In this document: positions 1 through 12,428 of the stretch, piece by piece
Layout: each line of letters opens with the position of its first letter
Numbering within the stretch: position 1 is the first letter of the stretch
Position numbers and translations under genes: made by a program
Origin: Octopus bimaculoides
Taxonomy: Eukaryota
DNA length: 64,000 bases
Reading direction: 5' to 3'
Assembly: GCF_001194135.2 (NCBI RefSeq)
Contig: NC_068985.1
Location: 41,284,966-41,348,965, forward strand
Notes under the pieces: model-generated
The model's database searches: none
Told to the model about the DNA's origin: nothing
What the model saw: only the letters and a program-made list of their open reading frames with translations

Positions 1-6
1 GTCTTG

Positions 7-43
<37 letters not shown>

Positions 44-189
44 AAACACACAAATATATATATGTAAATATATAAATATGTTGTACATTGAGAGGGTCAT
101 ATTGCCAACAAAATACATGTAATTGTGCTTCACTTATCATCATCATCATCGTCGTCGTCGTCAGTGAACTTGTGTAATTAGCTAATCCA

Positions 190-420
190 TTGTTTGACCA
201 ATTTTTAAATAAACCAATCAGCTCATTCGTCCGAGATATTTCGTCGCAGTTTGCAGTCTTATCGTTGAAATACAATCACCTGCTATTCTGTCACAAACTG
301 TCACAAAATCACAGTTCCATGTGGTATTTGTTACTAAGGAGACAGAAGCAAGCCGAAACAGCGGTGTCTGACATTCCGCTAATGCCACTGGAGTGAGCGC
401 TTTGTTTACACAGTTCACCT
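190..420. promoter_or_regulatory. Unique CpG-containing segment with CCAAT (NF-Y-like) and forkhead-like motifs; candidate promoter or enhancer
   Basis: AACCAATCAGC at 212-222, a second CCAAT at 198-202, TGTTTAC at 403-409. Non-repetitive and richer in CpG than its flanks. Motif evidence only. Confidence 0.25.
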
Positions 421-1017
421 ATCCGGAGAAGTAGTTCCCCGCAAATGAAATTTAACGGTTAAAAGCTATATTCGCCTTCAAAATCTGCCAGAATTTGTTC
501 CGAATGAAAATATACATCGTTGTTTAGATCCTCGCTCTTTTGTGAAGGATAATATTTATATATTTAAAAAGAAAATTAAGTACGAATAAAAGTTTAGAAG
601 ACTCATAATGCAGTAAAATTGCGCATCAAACTCTTTGTTCAACCCTACATGAAAACTCATTTGTGCATATATGTATGTATGTTCCCGGCAGCACGTGTGT
701 AACTATTCCTCGTCTTTCAACTCCAGTTTTTATTTTCTTCTCAGATTGTGTCCTCTTATTGAACACGTTTTACCGTCTTCTGGGGCTGTTTTCCAATTTA
801 TTGGCCTTTTTCCAATCTATTGGCCTTCATTAAGCCTGCTTCCAGAACAAGATATATTCTGATACATGCTTCTAAACACCTCCTCCTGCCTCTCTTCTTA
901 ACTCCCTCATAGAACAACATTTCTCATAGCTTCTGACCACTCACCTCCTATCCCAACCGTTTATTATTATTATTATTATTGATGGTATTGCTCTTGTTAT
1001 TATTACTATTATCATTA

Positions 1018-1215
1018 AGGTGGTGAACTGGTAGAATCGTTAACACGCCGGCCAAAATGCATTTCGCCCGTCTTTATGATCCGCGTTCAAATGCCGCCGA
1101 GGTCAACTTTGCTTTCATCCTTTTGGGGTCGATAAATTAAGTACCAGTGAAACACTCGGGTTGATGTAATCGACGAGTCTCCTCCTCCAAATTTCAGGCC
1201 TTATGCTTATTATGA
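1018..1215 (+). mobile_element. tRNA-derived SINE family A (octopus OK/OR-type SINE)
   Basis: A-box-like TGGTAGAATCGTT and B-box-like GTTCAAATGCC, body ...TTTCATCCTTTTGGGGTCGATAAATTAAGTACCAG..., AAT/ATT tail. More than 25 related copies in the window. Confidence 0.85.
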
Positions 1216-1439
1216 TTATTACTATTATTATTGTTTTGCACTTTTGGAATTATTTTCAAATTATTGGAGTTCGTTGCTCTTCTCATAGTGACGTGTAACT
1301 GGCCGTGTGCAAAAATACACAAGCGGAATCTTTCGGAATCTGCCCATCTACGATGGGAAATAAGGGGATAGTATCGCAAATCTATACCCTTTAAATTCAC
1401 GAACTATACGCGGGGGGNNNNNNNNNNGGGGGGGGGAAG

Positions 1440-1910
1440 AATCTAGAATGAATCCTTGTGACCGAAATTTTAACAACAAGAAAAATAAATATCAAAGGTG
1501 ATCTATTAATACAAATCCACTAAGTAATATCCACTAAGTAATCATACTTTTTCACATTTTTTCCTGATTACTTCCTTCGTAATCCCGAAAAACATCGTGA
1601 CCATTGCTCCAGCCGTTTGACAGTGAATAAGGAACAGACATTATAGTAAGAATTTGATTTACTTCCCTTTGCTTCTTTTATTAGTTACCTTTCCCTTAAT
1701 TTTTATTTACTCTATTTTTACGCCCGTAAACTGAAAAATTACCCTCAATATCCACTGGATAATAATATTTTTTTTACATTTTTTTGCTAAAAAAACCTTC
1801 CTGATTACCTCCGTCGTAATCCCGAAAAACATCGTGATCATTGGTCCATCCGTTTGACTGTGAAGAGAGCACAGGCAGACAGACGGACATAACGCCCATT
1901 TTAGTAAGAT
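1440..1910 (+). mobile_element. Helentron/DINE-1-like non-autonomous element with duplicated 3' portion
   Basis: Two copies of CCTGATTAC..CGTAATCCCGAAAAACATCGTGA.CATTG.TCCA.CCGTTTGAC (about 1562-1622 and 1800-1860). The second is followed by CAGACAGACGGACA and TTTTAGTAAGAT, which resembles DINE-1/HINE ends. Confidence 0.45.
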
Positions 1911-2440
1911 ACTATTTATTTTATAAACTTTACTTCTTCCTATTTTATTCATTTCATGTTTATTCTCTTTATATATGTGTTGTGTTGATGAAAAGTGAAG
2001 TAACTATGATATTCTTTGACCTGATGAGCAAACTTTTTTTTTACCTCTATTAATTTATAAATTATACAACGGTATTATATAATTTATATTATATACATTA
2101 ATACAGACATGTAATTTGATTAATTTATTTATTATACACTAAAATAAATTGTCTTTATTTGCAAAGATCGTCGTTATATGGACGTCTCAAGATGGAATAA
2201 ATTTATTCATCTTATACCACCTGTCTTTCTTTATATTTTATATGTGTGTGCGTGCGTGTGTACACACACGCACACACACATATATATATGCGCGCGCGCG
2301 CACGTTTAATGACACTTATTGTTTTCCTTTATGGAAACTCTGCGAACTGCAATTTTTTTAATTATTTGTATAAACATTAGTAACGATTCGCTAAATCATC
2401 CATAAATTTTATATGTGTTGGTAACGCGGCTGTCCAGGAA

Positions 2441-2549
2441 CTGGCAAACATGTGCCGACCCTTCTGACGATGCTTCGGCCTAAAGCTGAAACCGTACAGT
2501 CAAGAGATATCACAGTCGCCAATTTCCAGTCATCTACGGTCGCTGCCAG
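2441..2549 (+). ncRNA. Degenerate type I hammerhead ribozyme-like motif
   Basis: CTGACGA 2464-2470, T-GCTT/AAGC-T stem II, GAAA 2488-2491, stem III ACCGTA/TACGGT (2491-2496/2535-2540), GUC triplet. Stem I pairs only distally (CTGGCA/TGCCAG). Confidence 0.4.
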
Positions 2550-2704
2550 CATGTATGTGTAGAATTATATATGAGTTGACCGCAGCAACAGAACCCTTTA
2601 GCTCTTATTTATAGTGTAGTTGTTCTAACACCCTTAGTCATATTTAATGACAATTATTGTTTTTCTTTCTGGTGAAACTCTGCTAACTAGATGCCTCATT
2701 TAAT

Positions 2705-2765
<61 letters not shown>

Positions 2766-3139
2766 CTTAAACAAGAATTAGTGATCGTCTACTTTGGCAA
2801 TATTGATTACAAATAGTCTCAGATGAAGGCTTCTTTCCGATACATTTTCCATTTCTTCAATATAAATCAAGTTGCTCCACTTTGAACTGTCTTTAGTGTT
2901 TTTCAGTTTCTCCACACTTGTTGACTTCAATGAATATATTCATTTCATCATTAGACATTCATATAACGGCGATCGTCTCATATAAAAAAAAAACAATTTA
3001 TTTTTGTGTATAATAAATAAATTATTTATTTATTTATTCGCACTTTAAATGTACCATTGAACACTTGAAAACATATATCTCAGTCAGATCAGCCTGTTGA
3101 AGATCACCCCCACTCTCCCTCTCTCTCTAACAGTTTTAA

Positions 3140-3420
3140 TATTTTACTGGTTTCAACGGATATGCATAGGCTTCACCATCAACAGGATCTGTTTTGTGAA
3201 CTTGCTTCTGCTGCTGTTGGACACCACTAGTGCTGGAAACAATGTATTCAATTTCGTATAACAGGGATCCTGTCTATGCGTTTTATTGGGTTTAACTGAG
3301 CAATCTACAAACATGTGGTCTCTGTAGCGGAAAGGATAAAATTATGGACACCATACCGTAACTCTATTCGCTGGCCTTGTATATTCTTTGTCTAGATAGA
3401 ATCTCTTCCATGTTCACATT
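3140..3420 (-). mobile_element. Highly decayed RTE-like LINE 3' fragment
   Basis: Frameshifted minus-strand peptides NVNMEEILSRQRIYK, FRYRDHMFVD and LLYEIEYIVSSTSGV loosely resemble the post-RT C-terminus of RTE elements. Confidence 0.25.
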
Positions 3421-4399
3421 GGTACGTTTCCATGGACTTAGTAAGTAAGTAAGTAAGACGTAACGGCTTTTGTCAAGAATTGAAACTTACTCGCAATTTC
3501 GCATCGACAGAAGCATAACTTCATGCTCGATAACCCACTCATCCGCTCACTCAGTCTCCTCAATTAACAAAAGTGAAAAATTGGTTCGGCAAGACAGTTT
3601 AATGTTAAGGGATGAATTTCTTCAGCGGATGGGGGCTTGGGAATGGCGGTTCTGATTTAGGCTTCGTAATTTGATTGCAGGAAGGGGAAAAAATAACAGG
3701 ACTAAACTGCAAAGTCTTATTGGTTTGAATTTGATAACTCTTGTCAGTGTTAGTTACTCATTTTCTTCCAAAGTATTAAGTAGAAAGAGAGAAGAAGAGA
3801 GAGGGCATGTGTTTGTGTGTATGCAGTGACTAGAAAGTGATATGGTGCAAGTCAGAGAAAGAAATGCTAACATAAATCAGACATACTGCCTCCTGTTAAT
3901 GCATCAACTAAAAAAACAAATCCTTACTGTCAAAAAAGATTAAGGACTGTTTTTAGTATTAATCTTCGGTGTGTGCGTGGGGGGAGGGGGATGAACAAAG
4001 TAGTTGAAGCAGAATTTTGAACATGGCTCAGCTTCTTGAGATTAACTAAAGCCTCTAGAATCGGAAGGGCACTGGATTGCTCAGCTCGAATTTGTCTTTT
4101 TGCTAACCTGAAATGACGAGTCAACACATGTTCCTGCTAAGTCTATATACTGTTATATACTACTTTGTACTGTGCTATTATTATACTGCTTGTATTAATA
4201 TTTCGAAAACTTTTGGTGGCAAGTTCTTCAAGGTATCGGGTTGTAGGCGCACCACCAATAACCCCCAAACTTCAAAATCCGAAACCTCTATAACCCGCAG
4301 TTTTTACTTTCTTTTAGTGAGAGAAGCAACTCATACGGAAAATTCAAGAAAATGGACCCCCAAGAAAAAAATATGTACAGCTGTTGCAAGCCATCAGCT

Positions 4400-5095
4400 G
4401 TTGTGCTTTGCGTCAACTATCCTGGTTGAGGCGAAAGCATGCTAACAATTCTGCCAGCTCACAGCCTGAATGGTTCCAGATTTTTGCACAAGGCCAGCAA
4501 CTTTAGGGGAGATGGTAAATCGATTCCATCGATACCAGTGCTCAACTGATACTTATTTTATCGACTCCGAACGGATGAAACGAAAATAACTCGGCGGTAT
4601 TACAAGGTGGTATTTAAGAAACCGGAAGAAAATGCCGCTAAGTATTGCGTCCGACGCGCTAACGACTCTGCCGGCTCACCACCTCCATAATAATAATTGT
4701 TTCAAATGTTGGCACAAAGCCAACAATTTCAGATGGAAGAGACTTGTCGATTTTGGTGGCAAGTTCTTTAAGGCATCGGGTTGTAGGCGCAACGCCAATA
4801 ATCCACAAATTATGCACCATATATGAGCCAGTCGACCCAGTACTTAGCTGATATTTATTTTATCGACCCAAAAATGATGAAAGGCAAAATCGAACTTGAT
4901 GGAATTTGGTTGCTAGTTTGCAGCTTTTAATAGTAACAATAGCTTCCAATTTACTCACAAGGCCAGCACTTTCGAACGGAGGTTGTTAGTTGATAGCATC
5001 GAACCCAATTCTTGACCAATACTTTATTTCATGGACCCCGGAGGAATAATAGGAATAAGGTTGACTTCGACGAGATTTGAATTCAGATTCATCCC
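4400..5095 (-). mobile_element. Cluster of 3-4 decayed SINE family A copies
   Basis: Recurrent CACAAGGCCAGCA..., TACTTATTTTATCGAC.CC, GATTTGAATTCAG and GCTAACGACTCTGCCGGCTC segments. Confidence 0.75.
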
Positions 5096-5588
5096 ACCCA
5101 CCAAACCCATTACTATCAGCACCACCACAACCACCAAAATTACCACTAGCACCATCACCACCACCGCCACTACCGCTACAAAGAAAAAAAAATCAACAAT
5201 ACCAATAAACGCCTGAAGCATACCATGATAAATTATGTTAAACATGATGCAAACGCCAAATGTTGTGACGCCCTTGCATTTTATTAGTTCAACCGATACT
5301 CACAAGTTCATAGGAGTTATTCATCACTTTAGTCAAACCACTTCACTGCTCCATAACAGGTTTCTCTATAAAACACCTGGATATAACATCGGTCATCTAT
5401 CAAAACATCAGCGAACGGCGAACTCTCACACCACCTGTCTGAAAACAGACTTCCAAACCTGAAAATCGAGATTCCTGGTAAATGATTCAAGGGAATGTCT
5501 GCCACTCTCGCCCTCTGCCTTACACTTTTCTCCCTTTCTGTTGCCTCCTTCTTTTCTCTCTTCGCCTTATCTCTCTCTTTTTTATGTA

Positions 5589-6180
5589 CAGTAACGCCTC
5601 GATTTACGAGTCAATTTGTTCCTGGAGTCCGCTCGTAAAGCGAAAACTCGTAAAATAGAGCAATAATTTCCCGTAGAAGCAATGTTATAAAACGTAATTC
5701 GTTCCCAGAAAAATATTTTACTCATAAAATTTTAAATACTCGTAAATAAATGGGAATAAAACAACGGTAGAAGGTAAAAATATTTTATGTAGAAGTAAAA
5801 AGAATGTCAAGATTATTTATAATAAAAAAATTATTATTATAATCATTTTCTGAATCACTTTCACTCTCACTACACTCGCGCACACCAAAACTTGAAGAAG
5901 CGATCGCCGATTCACAAGCACTCGTAGACGGACTTGTAGATTTCTTTTTAAAAAACAATTCGAGAGTTAGAAGAAGCTTTTTTTTTCGCTCTCTTTAAAT
6001 TTCTCGGAAACACGGAGAAGCATTTGTTATGTTAGTAGAAACTTTTGCACTTCGTTAAAATTTATTATAAAGTAAAACTCCTAAAGTGTGGTATTACTGT
6101 ACTTACAAAGGCTTCTGTTAGTGACTGCTTGTGATTTAAGGTAGATGTGGTAGCAATTTCTCGCAAGTCGAGCAACTACA
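5589..6180. mobile_element. Tc1/mariner Tigger/pogo-like MITE
   Basis: Starts TA|CAGTAACGCCTCGATTTACGAG, has internal CTCGTAAA repeats and a degenerate right end CTCGCAAGTCGAGCAACTAC (about 6160-6180). Confidence 0.6.
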
Positions 6181-7008
6181 CACAAACTCCTAATTTGTGA
6201 TGCAAGCACGTATTACATAAATACGTACAGTGTTCATAAATTATCTTTGCAAATTTCACAATTTATTGTGTCTGCTAAAGTTGAGATCCATCGATCAACT
6301 TCCTTGCATGTTAAATAAATATTATCAAAGTCTTCTGATGTTTCTAATAAAGCTTTATTTGTTTGCTTATGTTTTCCAATAAACTCTGCTTATTCTTATT
6401 TCTTTATTCTTATTTTTCATTTTTTTTCCTGAATTTTTCAAAATGTAAAGATAATTTATGGACACCCTGTACGTATGCAAGTATGTGTGTATGTGTGTAT
6501 GTATGTATGTATGTATGTATGCATGAGAGTACGTACGCACGCTTGTGCGTGCATGTGTGTGTGTGTGTGTGTGTGTGCGTGCGTGTGTGTGTAACTTGCT
6601 TAAAACCACTCAGATTAATAAAATAAGGCTTTTATCAGAACTAAACATAAATACACACACACATATTCTTTTATTAGCAGTAGTCAGTTAAATAATTAAC
6701 TAAGCAAGTAAACAATTGCTTGACTAATAGTTTCAGAAGTCAATCAACCAGTTGGTTTGTCAGACGTGTTCTAATTACTCCAGGTGTGCGCGTGCGCGTG
6801 TGCGTATGTTGTGTGCGTGCGCGAGACTACATGGTAACAGAACAGGTTTTTAGAAAGATAAAGCATGCAACCGCATAAATATAATTACAATCTGCACCTT
6901 TCATTGGGTACTTCACCCGTGTTCGTTATATTTAACTATTCAACATGTATGTGTGTATGTATGTATGTATGTATGTATGTATGTATCTATCTATCTATTT
7001 TTCATTCC

Positions 7009-7155
7009 TTCCGTTTTTTCCCCTCTTAATCCTTTCTCTCAAAGAGCGTAGGTTCGAAGCGTAAAAAACTTTTCCATATTTCCCGAGCGTTAAACTAATA
7101 CACCTGCTTGTTATTCCTACACCTGTCTTCGTTTTTTGTTTTCTGTAAATTTTAA
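7009..7155 (+). mobile_element. Penelope-like terminal repeat fragment (same family as 29390-29530) with decayed hammerhead
   Basis: CCTTTCTCTCAAAGAGCGTAGGTTCGAAGCGTAAAAAAC...CCGAGCGTTAAAC...CACCTGTCTTCG aligns to the reverse complement of 29390-29530. Confidence 0.55.
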
Positions 7156-8544
7156 ATATATATATATATATATATANNNNNNNNNNNNNNNNNNNNNNNN
7201 NNNNNNNNNNNNNNNNNNNNNNNNNNNNNNNNNNNNNNNNNNNNNNNNNNNNNNNNNNNNNNNNNNNNNNNNNNNNNNNNNNNNNNNNNNNNNNNNNNNN
7301 NNNNNNNNNNNNNNNNNNNNNNNNNNNNNNNNNNNNNNNNNNNNNNNNNNNNNNNNNNNNNNNNNNNNNNNNNNNNNNNNNNNNNNNNNNNNNNNNNNNN
7401 NNNNNNNNNNNNNNNNNNNNNNNNNNNNNNNNNNNNNNNNNNNNNNNNNNNNNNNNNNNNNNNNNNNNNNNNNNNNNNNNNNNNNNNNNNNNNNNNNNNN
7501 NNNNNNNNNNNNNNNNNNNNNNNNNNNNNNNNNNNNNNNNNNNNNNNNNNNNNNNNNNNNNNNNNNNNNNNNNNNNNNNNNNNNNNNNNNNNNNNNNNNN
7601 NNNNNNNNNNNNNNNNNNNNNNNNNNNNNNNNNNNNNNNNNNNNNNNNNNNNNNNNNNNNNNNNNNNNNNNNNNNNNNNNNNNNNNNNNNNNNNNNNNNN
7701 NNNNNNNNNNNNNNNNNNNNNNNNNNNNNNNNNNNNNNNNNNNNNNNNNNNNNNNNNNNNNNNNNNNNNNNNNNNNNNNNNNNNNNNNNNNNNNNNNNNN
7801 NNNNNNNNNNNNNNNNNNNNNNNNNNNNNNNNNNNNNNNNNNNNNNNNNNNNNNNNNNNNNNNNNNNNNNNNNNNNNNNNNNNNNNNNNNNNNNNNNNNN
7901 NNNNNNNNNNNNNNNNNNNNNNNNNNNNNNNNNNNNNNNNNNNNNNNNNNNNNNNNNNNNNNNNNNNNNNNNNNNNNNNNNNNNNNNNNNNNNNNNNNNN
8001 NNNNNNNNNNNNNNNNNNNNNNNNNNNNNNNNNNNNNNNNNNNNNNNNNNNNNNNNNNNNNNNNNNNNNNNNNNNNNNNNNNNNNNNNNNNNNNNNNNNN
8101 NNNNNNNNNNNNNNNNNNNNNNNNNNNNNNNNNNNNNNNNNNNNNNNNNAGGGTTAAAGCAAATTTAAAATGAAAAAAGCAAATAAAACGAAGGTATGGA
8201 GATTAAATACGCTTTACATCGCTTAATCAGCCAAAGGACTAAATGTAAACAACTGAATACTTGTCAGTGAATGGTTGAAATTATCGAAATAAGACAATTT
8301 TTTACATGAAATAAATTCGAATACAAAAAGATTTTCCTGTTCTATAACACAAAATAGATAAGTATACGAAGTTTGAAAGTCTTTCGGTACCAAAAACACT
8401 ACGTAAAACATTAATGAAAAATGTGGCCCCCGTTTTAAAAAAGATCCAATTATTTAAAGCCTGGTACTTATTCTACCGGTCCCTTTTGCCGAACCGCAGT
8501 GGTGGGAGACAAGCATAGACATAAAGACGCGTGTGCGCGAGCAC

Positions 8545-8720
8545 ACACGCACACACGATGGGCTTCTTTTTAGTCTCCGTCTACCAAATCCAATCACAAA
8601 GTTTTGATCAACCCGAGGCTAAAGTAGAAGACAATTGCCCAATGTTCCGCGCAGTGGGACTGAACCCGTGACCATGTGGTTTGGAGACAAACTTCTTACC
8701 GCTCAGTCACGCCTGCGTGA
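8545..8720 (-). mobile_element. tRNA-derived SINE family C
   Basis: Reverse complement of ...GGTTCAGTCCCACTGCG...TTGGGCAA...GATTTGGTAGACGGAGACTAAAAAGAAGCCCATCG. Other copies at about 16300-16430 (+), 37162-37330 (+), 40415-40545 (+), 45075-45235 (-). Confidence 0.75.
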
Positions 8721-8809
8721 TTCGGGTTCCATGGGCAGCTTTAGACCTTTTTCCATCCAAAGGGTTTTTTAATCCAATATTTTATACGCTAATATTTATA
8801 ATTGTATTT

Positions 8810-9030
8810 AAAGCGACGAGGCAGAATCATTAGCACGCCCGGCAAAATGCTTAGCAGCATTTCGTCCGTCCTTACATTCTGAGTTCAAATTCCGCGAGGT
8901 CATCTTTGCCTTCCAATCTTTCGGGGTCGATAAAATAAGTACCTGTTGATCAATGGGGTCGATGTAATCGACCTACCTGCCGCCATCCCCACAACTGCTG
9001 GCATTGTGCCAAAAATTTGAAATCAATATT
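8810..9030 (+). mobile_element. SINE family A
   Basis: GCAGAATCATTAGCACGCC...GAGTTCAAATTCCGC...CTTTCGGGGTCGATAAAATAAGTACC. Confidence 0.85.
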
Positions 9031-10156
9031 TATAACTGTACACGCTTTGCATCTTGTCTTTAAAAGTAATTTACTTCATATTTCTCGAAGCTTCAGAATT
9101 CTTATAATGTAAATGTCTTGCAATTCTCCCTGGTGTCGGGAGCATATCAGTCATTGCTGCTGAATTTGGAGGTTCATGCCCACCGGCCAGCATATGACTT
9201 GTTTTTCTTTTGTTTTATTTTTTTTTTTTTAATGTTTTATTATTATTATTATTATTATTACCCAAGGAAATATTCTGCACGCTATTATGTCTGACTTTAT
9301 CTTCTTCGAGTTCTACCAGTAAAAATATTCTATTTATATCTTTCGAAGTTTCTAAGTATTAATAATGTAAACGTACACACACACACACACACTCTCTCTC
9401 TCTCATGCGCTCTCTCTCTCTCATGCGCTCTCTCTCTCACGCACTCTCTCTCTCAGGCGTTCTCTCTCTCATGCGCTCTCTCTCTCTTTCTCTCTCTCTC
9501 ACACACACTCACACACAAAGACACACACACATATGCATACATATGTGTGTGTGTGTGTGTGTGTATACGTGTGGATGTGTGGAACGTACATGTGTATACA
9601 ACAATATATATAGGAATATATGTGGTGTGTGTGTGTGTATCTGCGGATAGGAAGAGAGGAGAAAGAGAGGGAAAGAAAGAGATACACACACACACACACA
9701 GAGGCAGATTGATAGAGAAAATCATGAAGATCAGCAACACATTAAAAGTGTCATATAACAGGAGGTAGGAAGAGTTTGTTAGTTTAAGATTAGGAATGGT
9801 GGCTGTTATTATTTATTAGACAGAATAGGTGGGCGTAATGTCTTTCTGAACTATCATTTACACGGCGATGGCTATACTTAGTGGATGACGTTGGCATGCC
9901 ATACGCTTTTAAACATAAACTTTTGTGTGTGTATGTGTGCGTGCATGTGCGGGCGCGCTCGTGTGTGTGCGTGTGCATTATATACATGTAGATATATATA
10001 TATATATAGTGAAAAGGTACGATAATTTTTTTTCCATAGGGTAAATTGTAGTGAAAAATATACAAAGAAAGAAAATGAACAAAAATTTTAAATTTGACAA
10101 TATATATATATATTTACACACATACACACACGCGTACATACTCACACACATATATA

Positions 10157-10191
10157 TAGTCGACTGGTTTCGCTTGTGCTAATCATGACTA
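10157..10191 (-). ncRNA. Decayed minimal hammerhead-like motif (core lacks CTG)
   Basis: Minus strand TAGTC-ATGA-TTAGCACAAGC-GAAA-CCAG-TC-GACTA: perfect 5-bp stem I and GUC triplet, but truncated core and weak stems II and III. Confidence 0.3.
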
Positions 10192-11508
10192 AAAAGTTAG
10201 TGCTAATCTTGCNNNNNNNNNNNNNNNNNNNNNNNNNNNNNNNNNNNNNNNNNNNNNNNNNNNNNNNNNNNNNNNNNNNNNNNNNNNNNNNNNNNNNNNN
10301 NNNNNNNNNNNNNNNNNNNNNNNNNNNNNNNNNNNNNNNNNNNNNNNNNNNNNNNNNNNNNNNNNNNNNNNNNNNNNNNNNNNNNNNNNNNNNNNNNNNN
10401 NNNNNNNNNNNNNNNNNNNNNNNNNNNNNNNNNNNNNNNNNNNNNNNNNNNNNNNNNNNNNNNNNNNNNNNNNNNNNNNNNNNNNNNNNNNNNNNNNNNN
10501 NNNNNNNNNNNNNNNNNNNNNNNNNNNNNNNNNNNNNNNNNNNNNNNNNNNNNNNNNNNNNNNNNNNNNNNNNNNNNNNNNNNNNNNNNNNNNNNNNNNN
10601 NNNNNNNNNNNNNNNNNNNNNNNNNNNNNNNNNNNNNNNNNNNNNNNNNNNNNNNNNNNNNNNNNNNNNNNNNNNNNNNNNNNNNNNNNNNNNNNNNNNN
10701 NNNNNNNNNNNNNNNNNNNNNNNNNNNNNNNNNNNNNNNNNNNNNNNNNNNNNNNNNNNNNNNNNNNNNNNNNNNNNNNNNNNNNNNNNNNNNNNNNNNN
10801 NNNNNNNNNNNNNNNNNNNNNNNNNNNNNNNNNNNNNNNNNNNNNNNNNNNNNNNNNNNNNNNNNNNNNNNNNNNNNNNNNNNNNNNNNNNNNNNNNNNN
10901 NNNNNNNNNNNNNNNNNNNNNNNNNNNNNNNNNNNNNNNNNNNNNNNNNNNNNNNNNNNNNNNNNNNNNNNNNNNNNNNNNNNNNNNNNNNNNATATATA
11001 TATATATATATATAAAACTTTAACAAAAAAATGAATACACGAAACGAACAATTCACGTAATTGCTTCCAGTTGCCAATGTACTAATGGCATACTTTCGAC
11101 GATGAGATTGCACAACACTCTGATACTGCTGCTGCTACAACAACAAGAAAAAACAACAGAAACAACAAGAACAACAACTACTACTACTACTACTGAATGT
11201 ATTGTTGATAACAACAAAAACATCAGCATCAACAACACAAAGTCTTCTTATTCATATATTTAAATAATTATTGTCTTTATCTCCCACAAATGGGACTATA
11301 AAGGCAAGAGTACAAGGACGAATTACAAAAGTTTTGGGGATTAATGTAGAATCGTGTGCGCGCGCGTGTGTATATTATTCTGTGTGTGTGTGTGTGTGTA
11401 ATTGTGTGTATCAGTAAGTGTATGTATAAAGGGCCCGAAAATCTAAGCACACAAAAGGCATGAAAAAAGAGGTTCCATATCGGTGACAAACAATTACGCT
11501 AATGAAAA

Positions 11509-12428
11509 TAACCCTTTCTACTATAAGCACAAGGCCTGAAATTTTGGTGGAGAGAGTAAGTCGATTACATCGACCCCAGTGCTCAACTGGTACTTATTTT
11601 ATCGACCCCGAAAGGATGAAAAACATTTGCACTGAGAACGTGAATACAGCCATGAATACAACTAAGCATTTCGCCCGGCGTGCTAACGATTTTGCCAGCT
11701 CGCCGCTTATGGTAATGAAAATAACAGAAGAAGTAACAACAACAATATTATTTTCTATTATAAACACAAGATCTGAACATTTTCGTGGGAAGTGGGTAAT
11801 TCGATAACATTGACCCCAGTGATCAATTGATACCAATTTTTTCGACCCCGAAAGGATGAAAGGTAAAGTCAACCTCGGCGAAATTTGAACTCAGAACGTA
11901 AAGACGGACGAAATGCCGCTAACGATTCTCTCAGCTCGTCGCCTTACTGACTAATAATAATATTAATCCTTTCTACTATGGGCACAATGCTTGAAATTTT
12001 GGGGGATGGGGATAGTCGATTACATCGACCCCTGTACATGACTGGTACCTATTTTATTGACCCCGAAAGGATGAAAGTCAAAGTCGACCTCGGCGGAATT
12101 TGAACTCAGATGGTAAAGACGGACGAAATGCCACTAAGCATTTTGCTCGGCGTGCTAACGAGTCTGACGGCTCGCCGCCTTATTGATTAATAATCATTAA
12201 TAATGCTAATTCTTTCTAATAATGGTACAAGGCCAACAGTTTTAGAGGAGGAAGCTAATCGATTACATTGATTCCAATGTTTCACTGGTGTTATAGTCTA
12301 TATCAATACCGAAAGAATGAATGGCAAATTTGATCTCGAAAGTATTTGAACTCAGAATGTAAAGAGCTGGAAGAAATGCCGCTAAATATTTTGTCCAAAG
12401 CGCTAACAGTTGTGCTAGCTCGCCACTT
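11509..12428 (-). mobile_element. Head-to-tail array of four SINE family A copies
   Basis: Copies at about 11509-11709, 11750-11946, 11964-12182 and 12207-12428, separated by short AAT-rich tails. Confidence 0.9.

Noticed and set aside
329-375. Hammerhead-like arrangement TGTTA-CTAAGGA...GAAA-CAGCGGTG-TC-TGACA
   Set aside because: The core has the inactivating G5A change and there is no stem II; likely chance.
9060-9190. Short peptides MLAGGHEPPNSAAMTDMLPTPGRIARHLHYKNSEASRNMK* (minus) and ILPGVGSISVIAAEFGG (plus, HhH/IS110-like)
   Set aside because: No usable splice acceptor, too short, and resemblance is at chance level.
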